Shown here: piece after piece, positions 7,091 through 18,392 of the stretch
Layout of the letters: every line of letters begins with the position of its first letter
How positions within the stretch are numbered: the stretch's first letter is position 1
Virus record (IMG/VR): IMGVR_UViG_2974692648_000001
Coordinates: 32,001-96,000 of that record
Length of the DNA stretch: 64,000 bases
Direction: 5' to 3' (one strand)
DNA from: a virus
Taxonomy: Duplodnaviria > Caudoviricetes
Program-made: the position numbers and the translations under genes
The notes under the pieces: model-generated
Told to the model about the DNA's origin: nothing
The model's database searches: none
What the model saw: only the letters and a program-made list of their open reading frames with translations

Positions 7091-10015
7091 TTATTTATTT
7101 TTGTAGTGTGGAAGGAACGCGAAAGAAATTGCCTCTTTAACACTCGCTACACCATCGCCCGTGTTTTCTAAACGCTTACGAACCGAGAAAGAAGTCGTAG
7201 TGTCCATATTAGATACTACGTCAATTTCTTGATCATCAGCAAGCGCATTGAGTCGAACGTCTACCACGTCGGTAGGTAGTACGTCTTTTAGCGCTCTTAA
7301 GATGTCGTTATTAGAAACTGTGGTGTTCTTTAACGCTTCATTAATAACGTTAGAGGTTAACGTTTTAAGCGCTGGACGGATGGTGTCACTACGCATACCA
7401 GCCGGCGTTAAGTAGTAGACTACGTTGAATGATAAGTCCGCTCGAACTTTAGTCTCAAACTGAGAGTTGATCACTACGTTAATCAAACCAAGTTTCACTT
7501 TAGGTGAGAACATCAATTCAGTTTTGTCACGCATTTGGCTATCAAAGTTAGCCATGTCTTGCATTACCACGTCACTGATATATGCTTTGGTCTGTTTGGC
7601 GAAGTTAAGATCATACTGGTCATTAGAGAACCAGAAGTTACCGTCAAAACAAACGAAGTCCATGTAGTACTTAAGTTCACCACCACCTAACTTCACTGGG
7701 TTACTGTTGTCATCGTAAACCAAAGAGTTTTTGTAATGCAAGATGACCGGCTCACCATTCTCGTTATACATTGGATCTCCGGCTCGATGTTCGATTACCA
7801 TCTTACCATCTTCAAATACGTAACGATTATTTTCGTCTCGTTTGAAAGTGTCTTCAGGCCACACCTCAGGGACATCTTCTGCGTAACGCTGATATTGCTC
7901 TTCACCCAATACTGGATGAGCGCGGTGGTATAGGTTATTTAGTGTCTTACCAAAGATCACATCATAACCTACCTCAATCAAACACGTCATTCCAGAACCA
8001 AATAGAACTGCGTCAATACGTAAATCTTGTTCCGTTGGTTTCTCGCCTTCAGAGGCACCTACTAAGAACATGACTTTAATGTCAGTCTTAAGTTCCGCGT
8101 TAACACTCTTTGCAGGACGACCAAACATATTAAGGTTTGTGAAACTCAACATGTCACGAACGTCAACATCGAAGTTCGTCTCTAGGATGAACTCCCAAAT
8201 ACGGTTGTTGTCTTGATCACGCCCTAATACCTTACCTTTCATAGTGGCGATCTCACTAGAGTCCGCTGGAGTAAAGTAAAGTTGGGCTGCTACTTTGTCG
8301 TCTGGCATCGAGTTGTAAATTTCATCGCCACGAGTACGCATCACAATACGGTAGCCGTTTTCTAAATGCTCGACTAAAATAGACTCAACACTCAACTCTA
8401 CACCCAGAGTTTCTTTCTCGTAAAGGAAGTTTTGGTTGTCGTATTTAGGTACGTCTAACAAATAAGGACGTATCTTAACGGTACCGCTGGTTGTGTCCAA
8501 CACATTATGAAAAGGTGTGTAAACCAACATGCGACCATTTACATAGTCCAGCAACTCATCCGTGGTCATCAAACCAATCGAATCAACTTGGGTCTTAGGT
8601 AATAACCGTGTACCTGTATCCGTAACTTCAAACACAGTGCCTGGTGGTATGGTAACACGTCGGTCATTATCGTAAACCACACCAGAATCACGTAGTTCGT
8701 CTAATGAATACATCACGCTAGCAATATAAGCATTAACTGACACTGAACGTTTCTCGGCGTCAGAGTACGTTGGCAGGTCCCGAGTTAATTGATACAATCG
8801 ATTAGTGTACATGTCAATCAACTTAGTCGCACTGTAACCGTAAGCATTAAGGTAATTACTTATCTGGTTTTCCGAAATAGGAATGGATTGACGACGACTG
8901 TTGTTGATCGCTTCATGCTTCATTTGCAAGAAGTTACGAGGGTTGGCACCACCGCTTACTTCAGCTTGGATTTCCCACGCTGAGTTGTTAACTTCCCGCA
9001 TTGGCGCTTCGTAACGACCCAACTGGTTGGTACCGTAATCGAAGTCTAAGTACGTTGCGGTGTGGGTCTGAGTACGTAAAGTTTTCAAATCCTGTTCGTA
9101 CGCACCTTTGGTCGTATAAACAACTAAAGTAAGAGTACCAACGCCACGTTTGTTGTTGATATAGACTTCAGGGATGGCGTAAACGAATTGTTGATTGTTT
9201 TGATCAACATCCACGGTTAGCGTTACTTCGTTTTGATTGAAGACTTGGTTGTTGTAAGCGATACGAATTTCACGTGTCGGTTCACCATTAGCCGGACTTA
9301 AGAAAGCACGCACACCAAAAAGCTTGTCTTTGAAATCGTAAGTCTCACGGAGACCTGCTGTCGGAGTAATAGCGATCTTACGTTTGGTCTCACCCTTAAG
9401 TTGCTTGACTGGAATATCGACGTAAAGATATTCTTCACCCAGCATGTTAACTGTACGACGATCTAAGGAGTTAGTCGTGATGTTGTAAAAAGGATGATTG
9501 CTCTTACTATCGTAAACTACCTGCACGTGACCCGCTTCCATTAAACGGAACTCGATGGCATGTACGATGCTAAAGGGAACTCCGTAAACTTCCACGATGG
9601 TGTCTTTTGGCATGACTAACTTACGGTAGTTATTGATCACGGTACCTGACTGTTCTTCGTAAGGCACTGCTAAGCGACGTATCTCATTCATAGGAAGGGA
9701 GAAACGCATTGTGGTTTCACTAGGATACCCAAACAGACCAAAGAACTCATAATCACTCATGTGGCGGAATAAGTCCGATGGCTTACGAGCATGTTCACGG
9801 TAGAGACGAGACTCCACATCCCCTATGCGGTTAATTAGACCCGCTGACTCAGAAACGATCGTATCTAAGGCACGGACAAAAGGATGACTTGTGCTTTCGA
9901 AGGCTACCCGTTTACCTTCAAAGGCTTCTGCTGTTCGGTCAAGTACCAAAGAGATAGCGCGACCCGGGTTGTTAGCGATGCGGTTTAGTTCATCGAAGGT
10001 TAATTCACCACTCAT
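7091..10015 (-). CDS. Large virion structural protein, likely baseplate (phiKZ gp87-like)
   Basis: About 974 aa; start MSGEL overlaps the upstream TAA (TAATG); reversed gene pair as I recall in phiKZ. Confidence 0.7.
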   Translation of the reverse strand: MSGELTFDELNRIANNPGRAISLVLDRTAEAFEGKRVAFESTSHPFVRALDTIVSESAGLINRIGDVESRLYREHARKPSDLFRHMSDYEFFGLFGYPSETTMRFSLPMNEIRRLAVPYEEQSGTVINNYRKLVMPKDTIVEVYGVPFSIVHAIEFRLMEAGHVQVVYDSKSNHPFYNITTNSLDRRTVNMLGEEYLYVDIPVKQLKGETKRKIAITPTAGLRETYDFKDKLFGVRAFLSPANGEPTREIRIAYNNQVFNQNEVTLTVDVDQNNQQFVYAIPEVYINNKRGVGTLTLVVYTTKGAYEQDLKTLRTQTHTATYLDFDYGTNQLGRYEAPMREVNNSAWEIQAEVSGGANPRNFLQMKHEAINNSRRQSIPISENQISNYLNAYGYSATKLIDMYTNRLYQLTRDLPTYSDAEKRSVSVNAYIASVMYSLDELRDSGVVYDNDRRVTIPPGTVFEVTDTGTRLLPKTQVDSIGLMTTDELLDYVNGRMLVYTPFHNVLDTTSGTVKIRPYLLDVPKYDNQNFLYEKETLGVELSVESILVEHLENGYRIVMRTRGDEIYNSMPDDKVAAQLYFTPADSSEIATMKGKVLGRDQDNNRIWEFILETNFDVDVRDMLSFTNLNMFGRPAKSVNAELKTDIKVMFLVGASEGEKPTEQDLRIDAVLFGSGMTCLIEVGYDVIFGKTLNNLYHRAHPVLGEEQYQRYAEDVPEVWPEDTFKRDENNRYVFEDGKMVIEHRAGDPMYNENGEPVILHYKNSLVYDDNSNPVKLGGGELKYYMDFVCFDGNFWFSNDQYDLNFAKQTKAYISDVVMQDMANFDSQMRDKTELMFSPKVKLGLINVVINSQFETKVRADLSFNVVYYLTPAGMRSDTIRPALKTLTSNVINEALKNTTVSNNDILRALKDVLPTDVVDVRLNALADDQEIDVVSNMDTTTSFSVRKRLENTGDGVASVKEAISFAFLPHYKNK

Positions 10016-11058
10016 TATTTCGTTACCCACCATTCTAGTTCCATGGTATTAATGTTAATCCACGGATAAGCTTTAAAGTTATGATCTAGGAATTCTGACG
10101 GATCTAGTCTACGGTAGACTTTCTCGCGACGACCGTCTTTCATGTCAGAATTAAAGAACGTAGTAGAGCCATTGAAGGCATCGATGCATTCAAAGGTATC
10201 GGCACGAGCACCAATTGATTTGAACTGAATATCGTATGTGTCCTGCCCCGGTCCGCGTCGACTATTTTGTTCATAGTCGATAGAAGCCAAACTACCCTGA
10301 GGGTGCGTGGAAGGAACAGATTGAATCGTCATGTAGATAGATTCAATGTTTACCATATTTGGGTTCATGAACAGATGGAAAATACGAGTGTCGAAATCCC
10401 AATAATTCTGGTACTGGGCTTCGAAGTAAGGTTCCATGCCATGGTCACCCAAACGGACCTCGGGAATGTAATGTTCCCAAACCGAAAATAAATAAGGGAG
10501 GATACCACCCTTAACATTTTTATAGGTTTGGTTAATGGTCAGTAGTCCGTTGGTTTCCAACAAACCTTCTATCCATTGGTACGTTTCTTGACGGATACCA
10601 GGTTGACCGGCAACAGATTCTAATTCTAGATCCGGGAACCCGTCTGATTTTCTTAGTAAGTTGGTTAGCAAAGGTAGCCATGCATTTTTGTTGTCCAATG
10701 CAGGATGTGAGTAAGTTCTTCCTACTCGATAATCCAATAGCCCACGAATGTATCCACCTAACGTGTTGGCGTCTGCTTTAAACAGTTTAGCGAAACGAGG
10801 TGACTTCGACACGTTCTCGTCGCTGAGGTTCAGTACCGGTCGAGTTATGAACATTAATCCTATGGTGTCATCAGCCAAAGGTGCTAGTTGTATACCGTTA
10901 CCCAATATTTTTATGCCATGAAGAATATTACCTAACGGGCTAAGGTAACTACCGCCACCATTTTCTTTAAAAATGTCATTCAACCAAACCTTCAAATTTG
11001 GATCGACTTCCCCAGTAAATGGGTTGAGCGGCTTTTGCTGTTTGTCAATTTCATCCAT
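10015..11058 (-). CDS. Virion structural protein (phiKZ gp88-like)
   Basis: 347 aa, AGGA RBS, synteny. Confidence 0.7.
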   Translation of the reverse strand: MDEIDKQQKPLNPFTGEVDPNLKVWLNDIFKENGGGSYLSPLGNILHGIKILGNGIQLAPLADDTIGLMFITRPVLNLSDENVSKSPRFAKLFKADANTLGGYIRGLLDYRVGRTYSHPALDNKNAWLPLLTNLLRKSDGFPDLELESVAGQPGIRQETYQWIEGLLETNGLLTINQTYKNVKGGILPYLFSVWEHYIPEVRLGDHGMEPYFEAQYQNYWDFDTRIFHLFMNPNMVNIESIYMTIQSVPSTHPQGSLASIDYEQNSRRGPGQDTYDIQFKSIGARADTFECIDAFNGSTTFFNSDMKDGRREKVYRRLDPSEFLDHNFKAYPWININTMELEWWVTK

Positions 11059-11097
11059 TTTTTATTTCCTAATAACTTAACTTGAAGAGAATTTATT

Positions 11098-12207
11098 ATG
11101 AGCACAATGATCAATCTTGGCTCTGCCCTTCTGAACGCACTTAGTCCAGAATGGGTTGCCAATTTGACAGAGACTGTCACTACGCAGGGTGGTGCGGTAT
11201 ACGATACCCATAAGGGCAACAGTCTGGTTGCTTCAGCACAAAAAACGATGATCCGACCTATGGTCGTCATCGAACAATCTGTAGTGCATCAGGACTACGC
11301 GACTGACCTGATGACGATCATACAATTGCGAGATATTCAGGCAACTTTAAGTCATTTACGCCTCCAAGGTACGATCGGTGGTGTACAGATTGACAAGTAC
11401 ATTGACCCTATTCGTCCTACCCGTAACATGGGTCGTCGACTAGGTAGTTTTGGTGGACTGGAGTCATTCGGTGGCACCGATATCATGAAGCCGGTCGAAG
11501 GTGAAGTAGCGGGTCAGGAATCACATTCAGTATCAGTAGACAGCAAGTCTGCACAAACTGTGTTAACCGAGTACGCTCCATTGGCACTAGGTCGTACAGT
11601 AGAAGCACAAGTCAATATTGACGATAAGCCGGTCAACTTCCCTCTAACGTTCCGTCAGATTCCTGTTCCTATGGACGTGAAAGACTTGGAGCGTGTATTT
11701 AGCAATGCTAAAGGTGATGATACTTGGAAGACACGTTTTGATAAACTAAGCGTGAACATGATCACGGTACCTGAACTACTGACCGGCAGTGATGTTGTTA
11801 AGGAGAAGTTCCGTGTTCGTTTGGACGACCTTAAGTCTAAAACGAAATACATCAACGACTCTATCGCTAACCAACGCAACCATATCAAGAAAGCGTTTGC
11901 GACTGGTGAGATGTCCATGAACAACATGGCGAATACGTTCGTTATTACTGACAGCACAGCGCGTCAGATCGAACTAGTTACAGGTAAGCGTTTTGATAAT
12001 GTAAGTCAACGTGAATCTTTGTGGCAAGGTCTTAAAGCTAACACTATCGTGATTTGTAATGAATCTCGCGGTCTGTTCACTTTCTACACTATGGGTGAGA
12101 AACTCCCTGAACAGTACACTCGTAACGACATCAAGCAAAAAGCGGCTAAAGAGTCTAGTGTGGGTTCTTTAACAGATATCATGAAACTTCTTAATGGCGG
12201 TATGTAA
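11098..12207 (+). CDS. Head/inner-body protein (phiKZ gp89-like)
   Basis: 369 aa with GGLES and AGQES sites; synteny. Confidence 0.7.
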   Translation: MSTMINLGSALLNALSPEWVANLTETVTTQGGAVYDTHKGNSLVASAQKTMIRPMVVIEQSVVHQDYATDLMTIIQLRDIQATLSHLRLQGTIGGVQIDKYIDPIRPTRNMGRRLGSFGGLESFGGTDIMKPVEGEVAGQESHSVSVDSKSAQTVLTEYAPLALGRTVEAQVNIDDKPVNFPLTFRQIPVPMDVKDLERVFSNAKGDDTWKTRFDKLSVNMITVPELLTGSDVVKEKFRVRLDDLKSKTKYINDSIANQRNHIKKAFATGEMSMNNMANTFVITDSTARQIELVTGKRFDNVSQRESLWQGLKANTIVICNESRGLFTFYTMGEKLPEQYTRNDIKQKAAKESSVGSLTDIMKLLNGGM

Positions 12208-13088
12208 TGGAAATCTTAGAATTTAAAAATAACCTAAAGCCGGTAAAGAAAGCCGACATTGTTAAGGTAATTAAAGGTCACCGTGATTACATCGAAGGTG
12301 CACACGACAACCTGCGCTTACTACAAAGTGAAGGCATTCCCTTGAGTAAAGCAATGGAAGGATGGAAACTGGCTCCTGCTCTTTTCAAAGAAATGCGTGG
12401 ATCAGTTAACAAGTCGATCTCCATGGAGAGTATTGTAGAAGGCGCTATCCGTAACGCACTGTCTATTCTTGAAACATTGGAAAAAGACTTCAATGCAGGT
12501 CCTGGGGTGATTGGTAAAGAGACGGCGACTATTCGTGAACTCAATGCCTTGATGTTAGATACTTACATCGCTTTCTGGGTGGACTACTTGTCTCGTCTGA
12601 TGAACATGTTCACTTCAATGATGGTTAAAGGTAAGACGGCAGAACAAGTCACTCAAAAACCTGATCTGAAGTTCTTGATCGACAACATGGCGAAGTTCGG
12701 TGAGTTAACTTACTTGTTGTTTGAACGTGGTGGCATCATTCATAAACGTTACCGTTCGGCTCCAAAGATTGTTGCGGACGAACAGACGGTTGACGTGCTA
12801 ACTGAAACTAAGGGTAAAGATTCAGTCCTAGTTTTACAAACACGTAACTTTGGCCCTCACTCACTTAACCCAGGTTACTGGTACTCGCTACTAAAAATGG
12901 AATTTGCTTTGGTTCAATACGAATCTCAGCAAAACTCTATCGAGTCGAATGCCCAGAAGATCAGCTACTATCAAGATCTTCAAAACCAAGAGCCTTCTCC
13001 TGCTAACGAGAAAATGATCGAGTTGCTTGAAGAACGCATCATCAAGGCGCAAGCTAAGATGGAAGAAATCGAACAACGCTACGCTTAA
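12207..13088 (+). CDS. Head/inner-body protein (phiKZ gp90-like)
   Basis: 293 aa, TAATG coupling, C-terminal coiled coil; synteny. Confidence 0.7.
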   Translation: MEILEFKNNLKPVKKADIVKVIKGHRDYIEGAHDNLRLLQSEGIPLSKAMEGWKLAPALFKEMRGSVNKSISMESIVEGAIRNALSILETLEKDFNAGPGVIGKETATIRELNALMLDTYIAFWVDYLSRLMNMFTSMMVKGKTAEQVTQKPDLKFLIDNMAKFGELTYLLFERGGIIHKRYRSAPKIVADEQTVDVLTETKGKDSVLVLQTRNFGPHSLNPGYWYSLLKMEFALVQYESQQNSIESNAQKISYYQDLQNQEPSPANEKMIELLEERIIKAQAKMEEIEQRYA

Positions 13089-13098
13089 GGGGTAAGTA

Positions 13099-13608
13099 AT
13101 GAGTGACTTTCGTAAAGTTGCATACGGTTATGTAGATAGCCGTTTACTGGACCCGACGCTAACAGTGATTAACGGTATTCTTCGTGCTTACGTACACAGT
13201 TCGCAAGACATGGAGATGATGATTGATCCGGCGTCGATCCAAGAAGTCTTAGAGATGGGTGATAAGGTCACCGGCAAAGACTTCAAACATTGGGTGATGG
13301 CTAACTACGAGCGCGGCGCGGGTCGTCGTGCTAAGTTGATGCGCAATATCGTGTTCTTCCTCAATGGTAAGATTTCAGCTCGTACTTTAGAACAAGCGAT
13401 TACTGCTGACGAACAACTGGTAACGACCACGGAACTAAAATACATCAAAGCTGCCATCCCTAATGTGGATCGTCGCAACTTGGATGAAATAGAAGACGTG
13501 ATTCGTTATTTGAAACACGAAGATATTTATCGTTTAATCGAAGGTATCGGTCCTCAAATGTTCGCTCGCATGTTGATCACCTTTAATGGAGAATCAGCGT
13601 ATGCCTAG
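13099..13608 (+). CDS. Putative virion protein
   Basis: 169 aa, AAGGGG RBS, inside the head cluster. Confidence 0.7.
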   Translation: MSDFRKVAYGYVDSRLLDPTLTVINGILRAYVHSSQDMEMMIDPASIQEVLEMGDKVTGKDFKHWVMANYERGAGRRAKLMRNIVFFLNGKISARTLEQAITADEQLVTTTELKYIKAAIPNVDRRNLDEIEDVIRYLKHEDIYRLIEGIGPQMFARMLITFNGESAYA

Positions 13609-14872
13609 TGGAGATGTAAACAACGAATTAGCGGCACTAAGTGTAGTTAGTTCATCTGAGTTAGCTGAACAAGCTCGTGAAGGTCGTGACCTAGTTAAAC
13701 TCCAAGACGAGATTACGAATGCGATTGATCGTGTAGAAGCTGTTAAGACGGTATTGGGTGAAACTGAACCTAAAGACGTGACACAGTTGTTTGGTAACGT
13801 TATTGACCGTCAGCTGGAACGTGTAGGTGTTCGTAGCTTTGGTGATAAAGATGAAGTAGCAGGTGTTGAGTCACTGGGCTTAGGGTTAACTCCTAGTCGT
13901 TATTTAGAAACTCGTATTGCTGCGTGTGAGTCTTTCCTGACTGAATTTATGGACTGGAGCCGTAACATCACTAAACGTTTCTATAACGAAGTGTTGGAAC
14001 AGCTCGTTCTAATGAAGGACGGTCACGACACACTCACTAAGCGTGCCAAACTGTTACAAACTTTGATGAACGATAACAAGACCGTTTTCAAAGAAGGTGA
14101 CATTACGTTAGGTGGCGCTAATCGAGTTCTGTTGTTAAACAACAAAGTCCCGGAAGATCTTCAAAACCAGATCACACGTTTTGTTGCTACTACTCGTGCT
14201 ATTACCAGTAACTTCTATCGAGCTAACCAAGCTAACACCAACGAGATGATTTCTTACTTTGGTGGATTTGCAGGGCTGGATGAAGAAGCAGCAATTAAAC
14301 GCCTCCTGAAGCTCCCTGGTGCGTTATCTAAGTATCAGTTTAAAGAAGCTATGTTCAACATCCGTGAGCAGTCTAACGACGTCTACCAGACTCGTGGGAG
14401 CGTTAAGCTATTAGGTGACCGCCAGTACATCAATACTTTCTTAGTAGATCGTAAAGTCCGCATTGATTTAGAAGGTGTTAAGTCATGGATCGAACTCTAT
14501 CGTAAACACGAAAGCGTCAAGTTGGAAATCCAAACTCGACAAGACGGTGACGTGACTTTACCGGCATTCGATCAAGCACAAACCGATAAAGCCATCCGTA
14601 GTGTGTTCTCTACATTGAAGGACGTGGAAGGTTTATTCAAAGAAGGTGATCGCTACTTAGTGGACGGCAATGAGTACAAGAAAATGCTCGCTATGCTAAG
14701 TGACGTCACTTGGTCTGAATCGGTGAAAGCCTCGGTCGGTGATGCATTCATCGCTTTGATTCTGACACGCAATAATGAACAGGTTCGTATGCGTTCAGAT
14801 GTGGTAAAATACACTACGCTGGTAATGAACGCCATCTTGAACGTTTGTGAGCAATCGATGGAGCGACCATAA
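13601..14872 (+). CDS. Putative head protein with propeptide (phiKZ gp92-like)
   Basis: GGAG RBS before ATG 13601; AGVES and AACES sites. Confidence 0.7.
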   Translation: MPSGDVNNELAALSVVSSSELAEQAREGRDLVKLQDEITNAIDRVEAVKTVLGETEPKDVTQLFGNVIDRQLERVGVRSFGDKDEVAGVESLGLGLTPSRYLETRIAACESFLTEFMDWSRNITKRFYNEVLEQLVLMKDGHDTLTKRAKLLQTLMNDNKTVFKEGDITLGGANRVLLLNNKVPEDLQNQITRFVATTRAITSNFYRANQANTNEMISYFGGFAGLDEEAAIKRLLKLPGALSKYQFKEAMFNIREQSNDVYQTRGSVKLLGDRQYINTFLVDRKVRIDLEGVKSWIELYRKHESVKLEIQTRQDGDVTLPAFDQAQTDKAIRSVFSTLKDVEGLFKEGDRYLVDGNEYKKMLAMLSDVTWSESVKASVGDAFIALILTRNNEQVRMRSDVVKYTTLVMNAILNVCEQSMERP

Positions 14873-15825
14873 TGGATGAAGCTGAGTACACACCAGAACA
14901 ACTGCAATTAGCGTTTCGCGGACTAGCAGGTGAAGAGTCGTTATTCAGTGACATCCGAGACGCCATTGGTTTGGGTGGTTCTAAAGCAGAACAAGTAAAC
15001 GAACTATCTGACGGTAAACTCGCCAACCGTTTCATGTTGGGCGCTAATACCGTGGCACGCTTAACGGCTAAAGCCTTGGGATCTAACGACGGGGTGATCA
15101 GCTCACTTATGTCTCGCGCTAAGTCAGTTGAACTCCATGAGGTTAAAGTCTCGGGAAAACTGATTGCAGACCTTACTATTGACAACGAGCTCTCTCATCT
15201 GCTGAGTGATCAAAAAACACTGAGTGATACAATCTCGACGGTCATGCGTTATCAAAGCGAACTGGAAAGTTACGGGGGTGAAATCAATACCCTTTTGAAG
15301 GCTGCTAAGTCCGCTAAGGATAATGCGAAGTTAACTGAGATCACAACTAAACTTGGGATGGTTAAATTCCCCGTTTTAAAACTCCAAGCTAAAGACGAGG
15401 ACGGTTACCATTCTGAACTACTCCCGGGTGGTAAACGTATTCGCTGCACTGAGGACCCGGTAAAGTTCATCTTGGATGGAACGGGTGACTCCGGAGCCGA
15501 ACAAACCTTTGAGTTTAGTAAAGACCAGCTGAACAAATTCTTGACTCAAATGCGCTGGGTGAATACTCAGCAGAAATCATTGAGCGAGATGATCAACCGT
15601 TACGCTAAGTTCTTGAAAGAATGGAGTGCGACGGTAAAAGATGTTCAAGGTCATCTGGACAAAACCGAGGGCGTGAGTAAATCGGTTAACAACCAATTAG
15701 TGAGTCATATGGCACTCAATTCATCTCAGGTGGAATTTTATACGACGTTCCTTCCTCGACTGATTGCCTATTTAAATCATTACGTAAATCAAGGTAACGA
15801 TTTAGTGACCGTTGTCCTGAAATAA
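14872..15825 (+). CDS. Putative head protein
   Basis: 317 aa, GGAG RBS, AGEE-SLF site near the N-terminus. Confidence 0.7.
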   Translation: MDEAEYTPEQLQLAFRGLAGEESLFSDIRDAIGLGGSKAEQVNELSDGKLANRFMLGANTVARLTAKALGSNDGVISSLMSRAKSVELHEVKVSGKLIADLTIDNELSHLLSDQKTLSDTISTVMRYQSELESYGGEINTLLKAAKSAKDNAKLTEITTKLGMVKFPVLKLQAKDEDGYHSELLPGGKRIRCTEDPVKFILDGTGDSGAEQTFEFSKDQLNKFLTQMRWVNTQQKSLSEMINRYAKFLKEWSATVKDVQGHLDKTEGVSKSVNNQLVSHMALNSSQVEFYTTFLPRLIAYLNHYVNQGNDLVTVVLK

Positions 15826-15883
15826 ATTTAATATTAGGGAGTCAACCGACTCCCCTACTTTCATAAATAAAGGAAACATTAGT

Positions 15884-17143
15884 ATGTCTCTTCGAATCAA
15901 AGAAATGTTAGCGCTTCAAGCGGGAATGGAAACCCTAGGTACGCCGACTCCAGTTGAAATGACTGCGGAAGAAGCTCACGAGCTAGCTAACGAAATCGCA
16001 CACAAGCAGATGGAAGCAGAGATCAATGAAAACTCGAAAGAGATCAATGAGATCGCTGAAGTCGTTGAAGATGTTCAAGACGAAGTTGAAGAACTGGAAG
16101 AAGTAGTAGAAGGTCTAGAAGCGCTTGCTAAACTACCTGAACTAAACCGTCCTACTATCAACGTTCTTTACCGCCGTGCACAACGTCTGAACGCCGGTCT
16201 TGGTGGTAATGAACCTGAGCAAGTTGCAGGTAACGAAAGCCTTAGCGATGACGCGTACCGTGCGGCTGTTGTTACAGGCTGTGAAGGTTTCATGGAAACC
16301 ATGAAGAAAGCTTACGAGTCAACTTCATCTTTCATCAAGAACATTTTCTATGCGCTAGTTGACGCAGTGAAGAAACTCTTCAGTTTTGCAACGGATCAAT
16401 CTGAAAAAGCCAAGAAACTTAAAGCCGAAGTGGATGGTAAAGAACTTCGCACACCAATCAAACTAGGTGGTTGGAACCGTTGGTTCAATGGTAAGGTCGA
16501 TAGCATGGATAAGGTAATCGCTGATGTCAGTGGTGTTATCCCTGAGTTTGGTAACTTACTAAAAGAAATGACAGACGTCACATCTGTTTCGGCTGAAGAT
16601 AACGATAAACTACTTGGTAAAGTAACGAGTCTAGCAGACAAATTCGAAGCAGCTATCAAGAAGTCTGGCTCCCCTTGGACTGCTGGTAAGGGTCGTACTA
16701 CAAACGGTACTAACTTCGTTCAGTGGATTGTACCTAATAAAGATGACTTCAAAGGCGAGACTGTTGATAAAGCAATCGCAGCGTTCCAATTTAACGTGGA
16801 AGCAGGTTCTCACATGAACACCCTTGAAGGCACTAAGTTATCAGGTGAAGCTCCCGCTATGTTCTCTAAATCTGACGTAGGTGGCATTCTTGATACAGTG
16901 ACTAAGAACGCTGAAACTATCAAGAAAATGAAAGCTGACGTCGACGGTCTTAAGTCTACTGTTGATGAAGTGATCAACAAGCTTAAGAAAGGTCCTAAAG
17001 GTGATGACGACAAAGCAGCGAAAGTTCGCATTGCTGCACTAAAACGTTTCATCGGTAAATACAGTCAGCTAGTTAACAACTACTGTCGTATCGTTTCTAA
17101 TATCGACAACGGCAAGCTAGCAGCAGTTAAAGCTCACTTCTAA
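15884..17143 (+). CDS. Internal head protein, paralog 1 (phiKZ gp93-95 / phiKZ_IP-type)
   Basis: Acidic coiled-coil propeptide with AGME, EGLE, AGNE, TGCE; ends KLAAVKAHF. Confidence 0.85.
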   Translation: MSLRIKEMLALQAGMETLGTPTPVEMTAEEAHELANEIAHKQMEAEINENSKEINEIAEVVEDVQDEVEELEEVVEGLEALAKLPELNRPTINVLYRRAQRLNAGLGGNEPEQVAGNESLSDDAYRAAVVTGCEGFMETMKKAYESTSSFIKNIFYALVDAVKKLFSFATDQSEKAKKLKAEVDGKELRTPIKLGGWNRWFNGKVDSMDKVIADVSGVIPEFGNLLKEMTDVTSVSAEDNDKLLGKVTSLADKFEAAIKKSGSPWTAGKGRTTNGTNFVQWIVPNKDDFKGETVDKAIAAFQFNVEAGSHMNTLEGTKLSGEAPAMFSKSDVGGILDTVTKNAETIKKMKADVDGLKSTVDEVINKLKKGPKGDDDKAAKVRIAALKRFIGKYSQLVNNYCRIVSNIDNGKLAAVKAHF

Positions 17144-17154
17144 TCTCTTCTATT

Positions 17155-17188
17155 AAACTGTGGTTCCTAGAACCACAGTTTATTTTTT
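17155..17188 (+). terminator. Intrinsic terminator
   Basis: AAACTGTGGTTC-CTA-GAACCACAGTTT then ATTTTTT. Confidence 0.75.
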
Positions 17189-17214
17189 ATTTGTAAAGTC
17201 ATTAAGGTTTGATA

Positions 17215-18384
17215 ATGAAATTTGATAAGGCGGCTCGCCTAAGAGCACAAGTAATGGGTACTGAAGCACTGGACATGACTAAAGAAGAGATTGTCGATCT
17301 GGTTGAAGAAGTGGCGGAACAAACCGTTGAAAACGAAACTAAAGAAATCGTAAAAGACATCGAAGAGATGGGAGAGCGCGCGATAGTTGAAGATGAACTT
17401 CGTCAAGAACTCTCAGAGCACGTTGAAGGTTTGGAGTTCCTTAAACAACACCCGAACCCTCAAGCTATGGTCTTACTCTACAATCTTGCGGACCGCATTC
17501 ATGTTAAGTTAGGCGGGACATCTACCCAACCTCGAGCAGGAATGGAGTCAGTGGACGCTCGCACTTTAGAAGCCCACATGATCGTTGGATGTGAATCATT
17601 CATGGACACCTTAAAGAAAGGTGCGGATGATACTTGGAAATTTTTAAAGGCTTTGTGGGAGCGTCTGGTTGCTTTCTTTATTGAGAAGACTAACTCAGCT
17701 AAACGACTAAGCACTCGCATGGATAAATTGGTTAGAAAGCTAGAGGCTGACGAAACTGAAATCAAAGAAGAAGTTAAATACGGTTCGTGGACAGGTTACA
17801 TGACTATGTTCTCTAATGGTCGCACCACTCCTATTCAAGAAATCAGTAAAAGGCTGGTTTCTTCCATCGTCCCAAAAGAAACAGAGGACGGTCTAGTCGC
17901 AAACGCCAAACACATTCATGATACTCTTACGAGTTTCACTTCTAAACTGTCCGAAACCACCAAGACTGAAAAAGGTAAGATGGTTCGTGTCTTCTCTAAA
18001 GAAGGTTTGGATTTGGAGTACCTAAGCGCAAGACCAGAGACCGTAAAGGAAGCCCTGGAATTCTACCGTAGCTTCCGAAAACACGACTTCAAAGTGGACT
18101 ACGCTTCTAACCAAGAAACGTTCCGCCCGGCCATGCCAAAATCAGGTTTCTTATCGCTAGCCAAACATGTTAAAAGCATCACTGAAGAGGTTTTCGAGCA
18201 AGAGTCTATTGCTAAAAAAGGTGAACGTGAAGTTGCTAAGACTTCAAAAGACCTAGAACCTAACATACGTGATCTTTTGCGAGCACAGTCAAGATTTGTG
18301 ACAACCATTCTGACTTACGTTACCGGTCAGCGTTTAAAATACGCCAAAGCGGCGGCGGACTACATTTCCGCTTGCATTAAGTAA
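17215..18384 (+). CDS. Internal head protein, paralog 2
   Basis: Same layout: MGTE, EGLE, AGME, VGCE-SF; KYGSW motif matches KLGGW/KLGKW/KPGKW. Confidence 0.8.
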   Translation: MKFDKAARLRAQVMGTEALDMTKEEIVDLVEEVAEQTVENETKEIVKDIEEMGERAIVEDELRQELSEHVEGLEFLKQHPNPQAMVLLYNLADRIHVKLGGTSTQPRAGMESVDARTLEAHMIVGCESFMDTLKKGADDTWKFLKALWERLVAFFIEKTNSAKRLSTRMDKLVRKLEADETEIKEEVKYGSWTGYMTMFSNGRTTPIQEISKRLVSSIVPKETEDGLVANAKHIHDTLTSFTSKLSETTKTEKGKMVRVFSKEGLDLEYLSARPETVKEALEFYRSFRKHDFKVDYASNQETFRPAMPKSGFLSLAKHVKSITEEVFEQESIAKKGEREVAKTSKDLEPNIRDLLRAQSRFVTTILTYVTGQRLKYAKAAADYISACIK

Positions 18385-18392
18385 GTGTACTC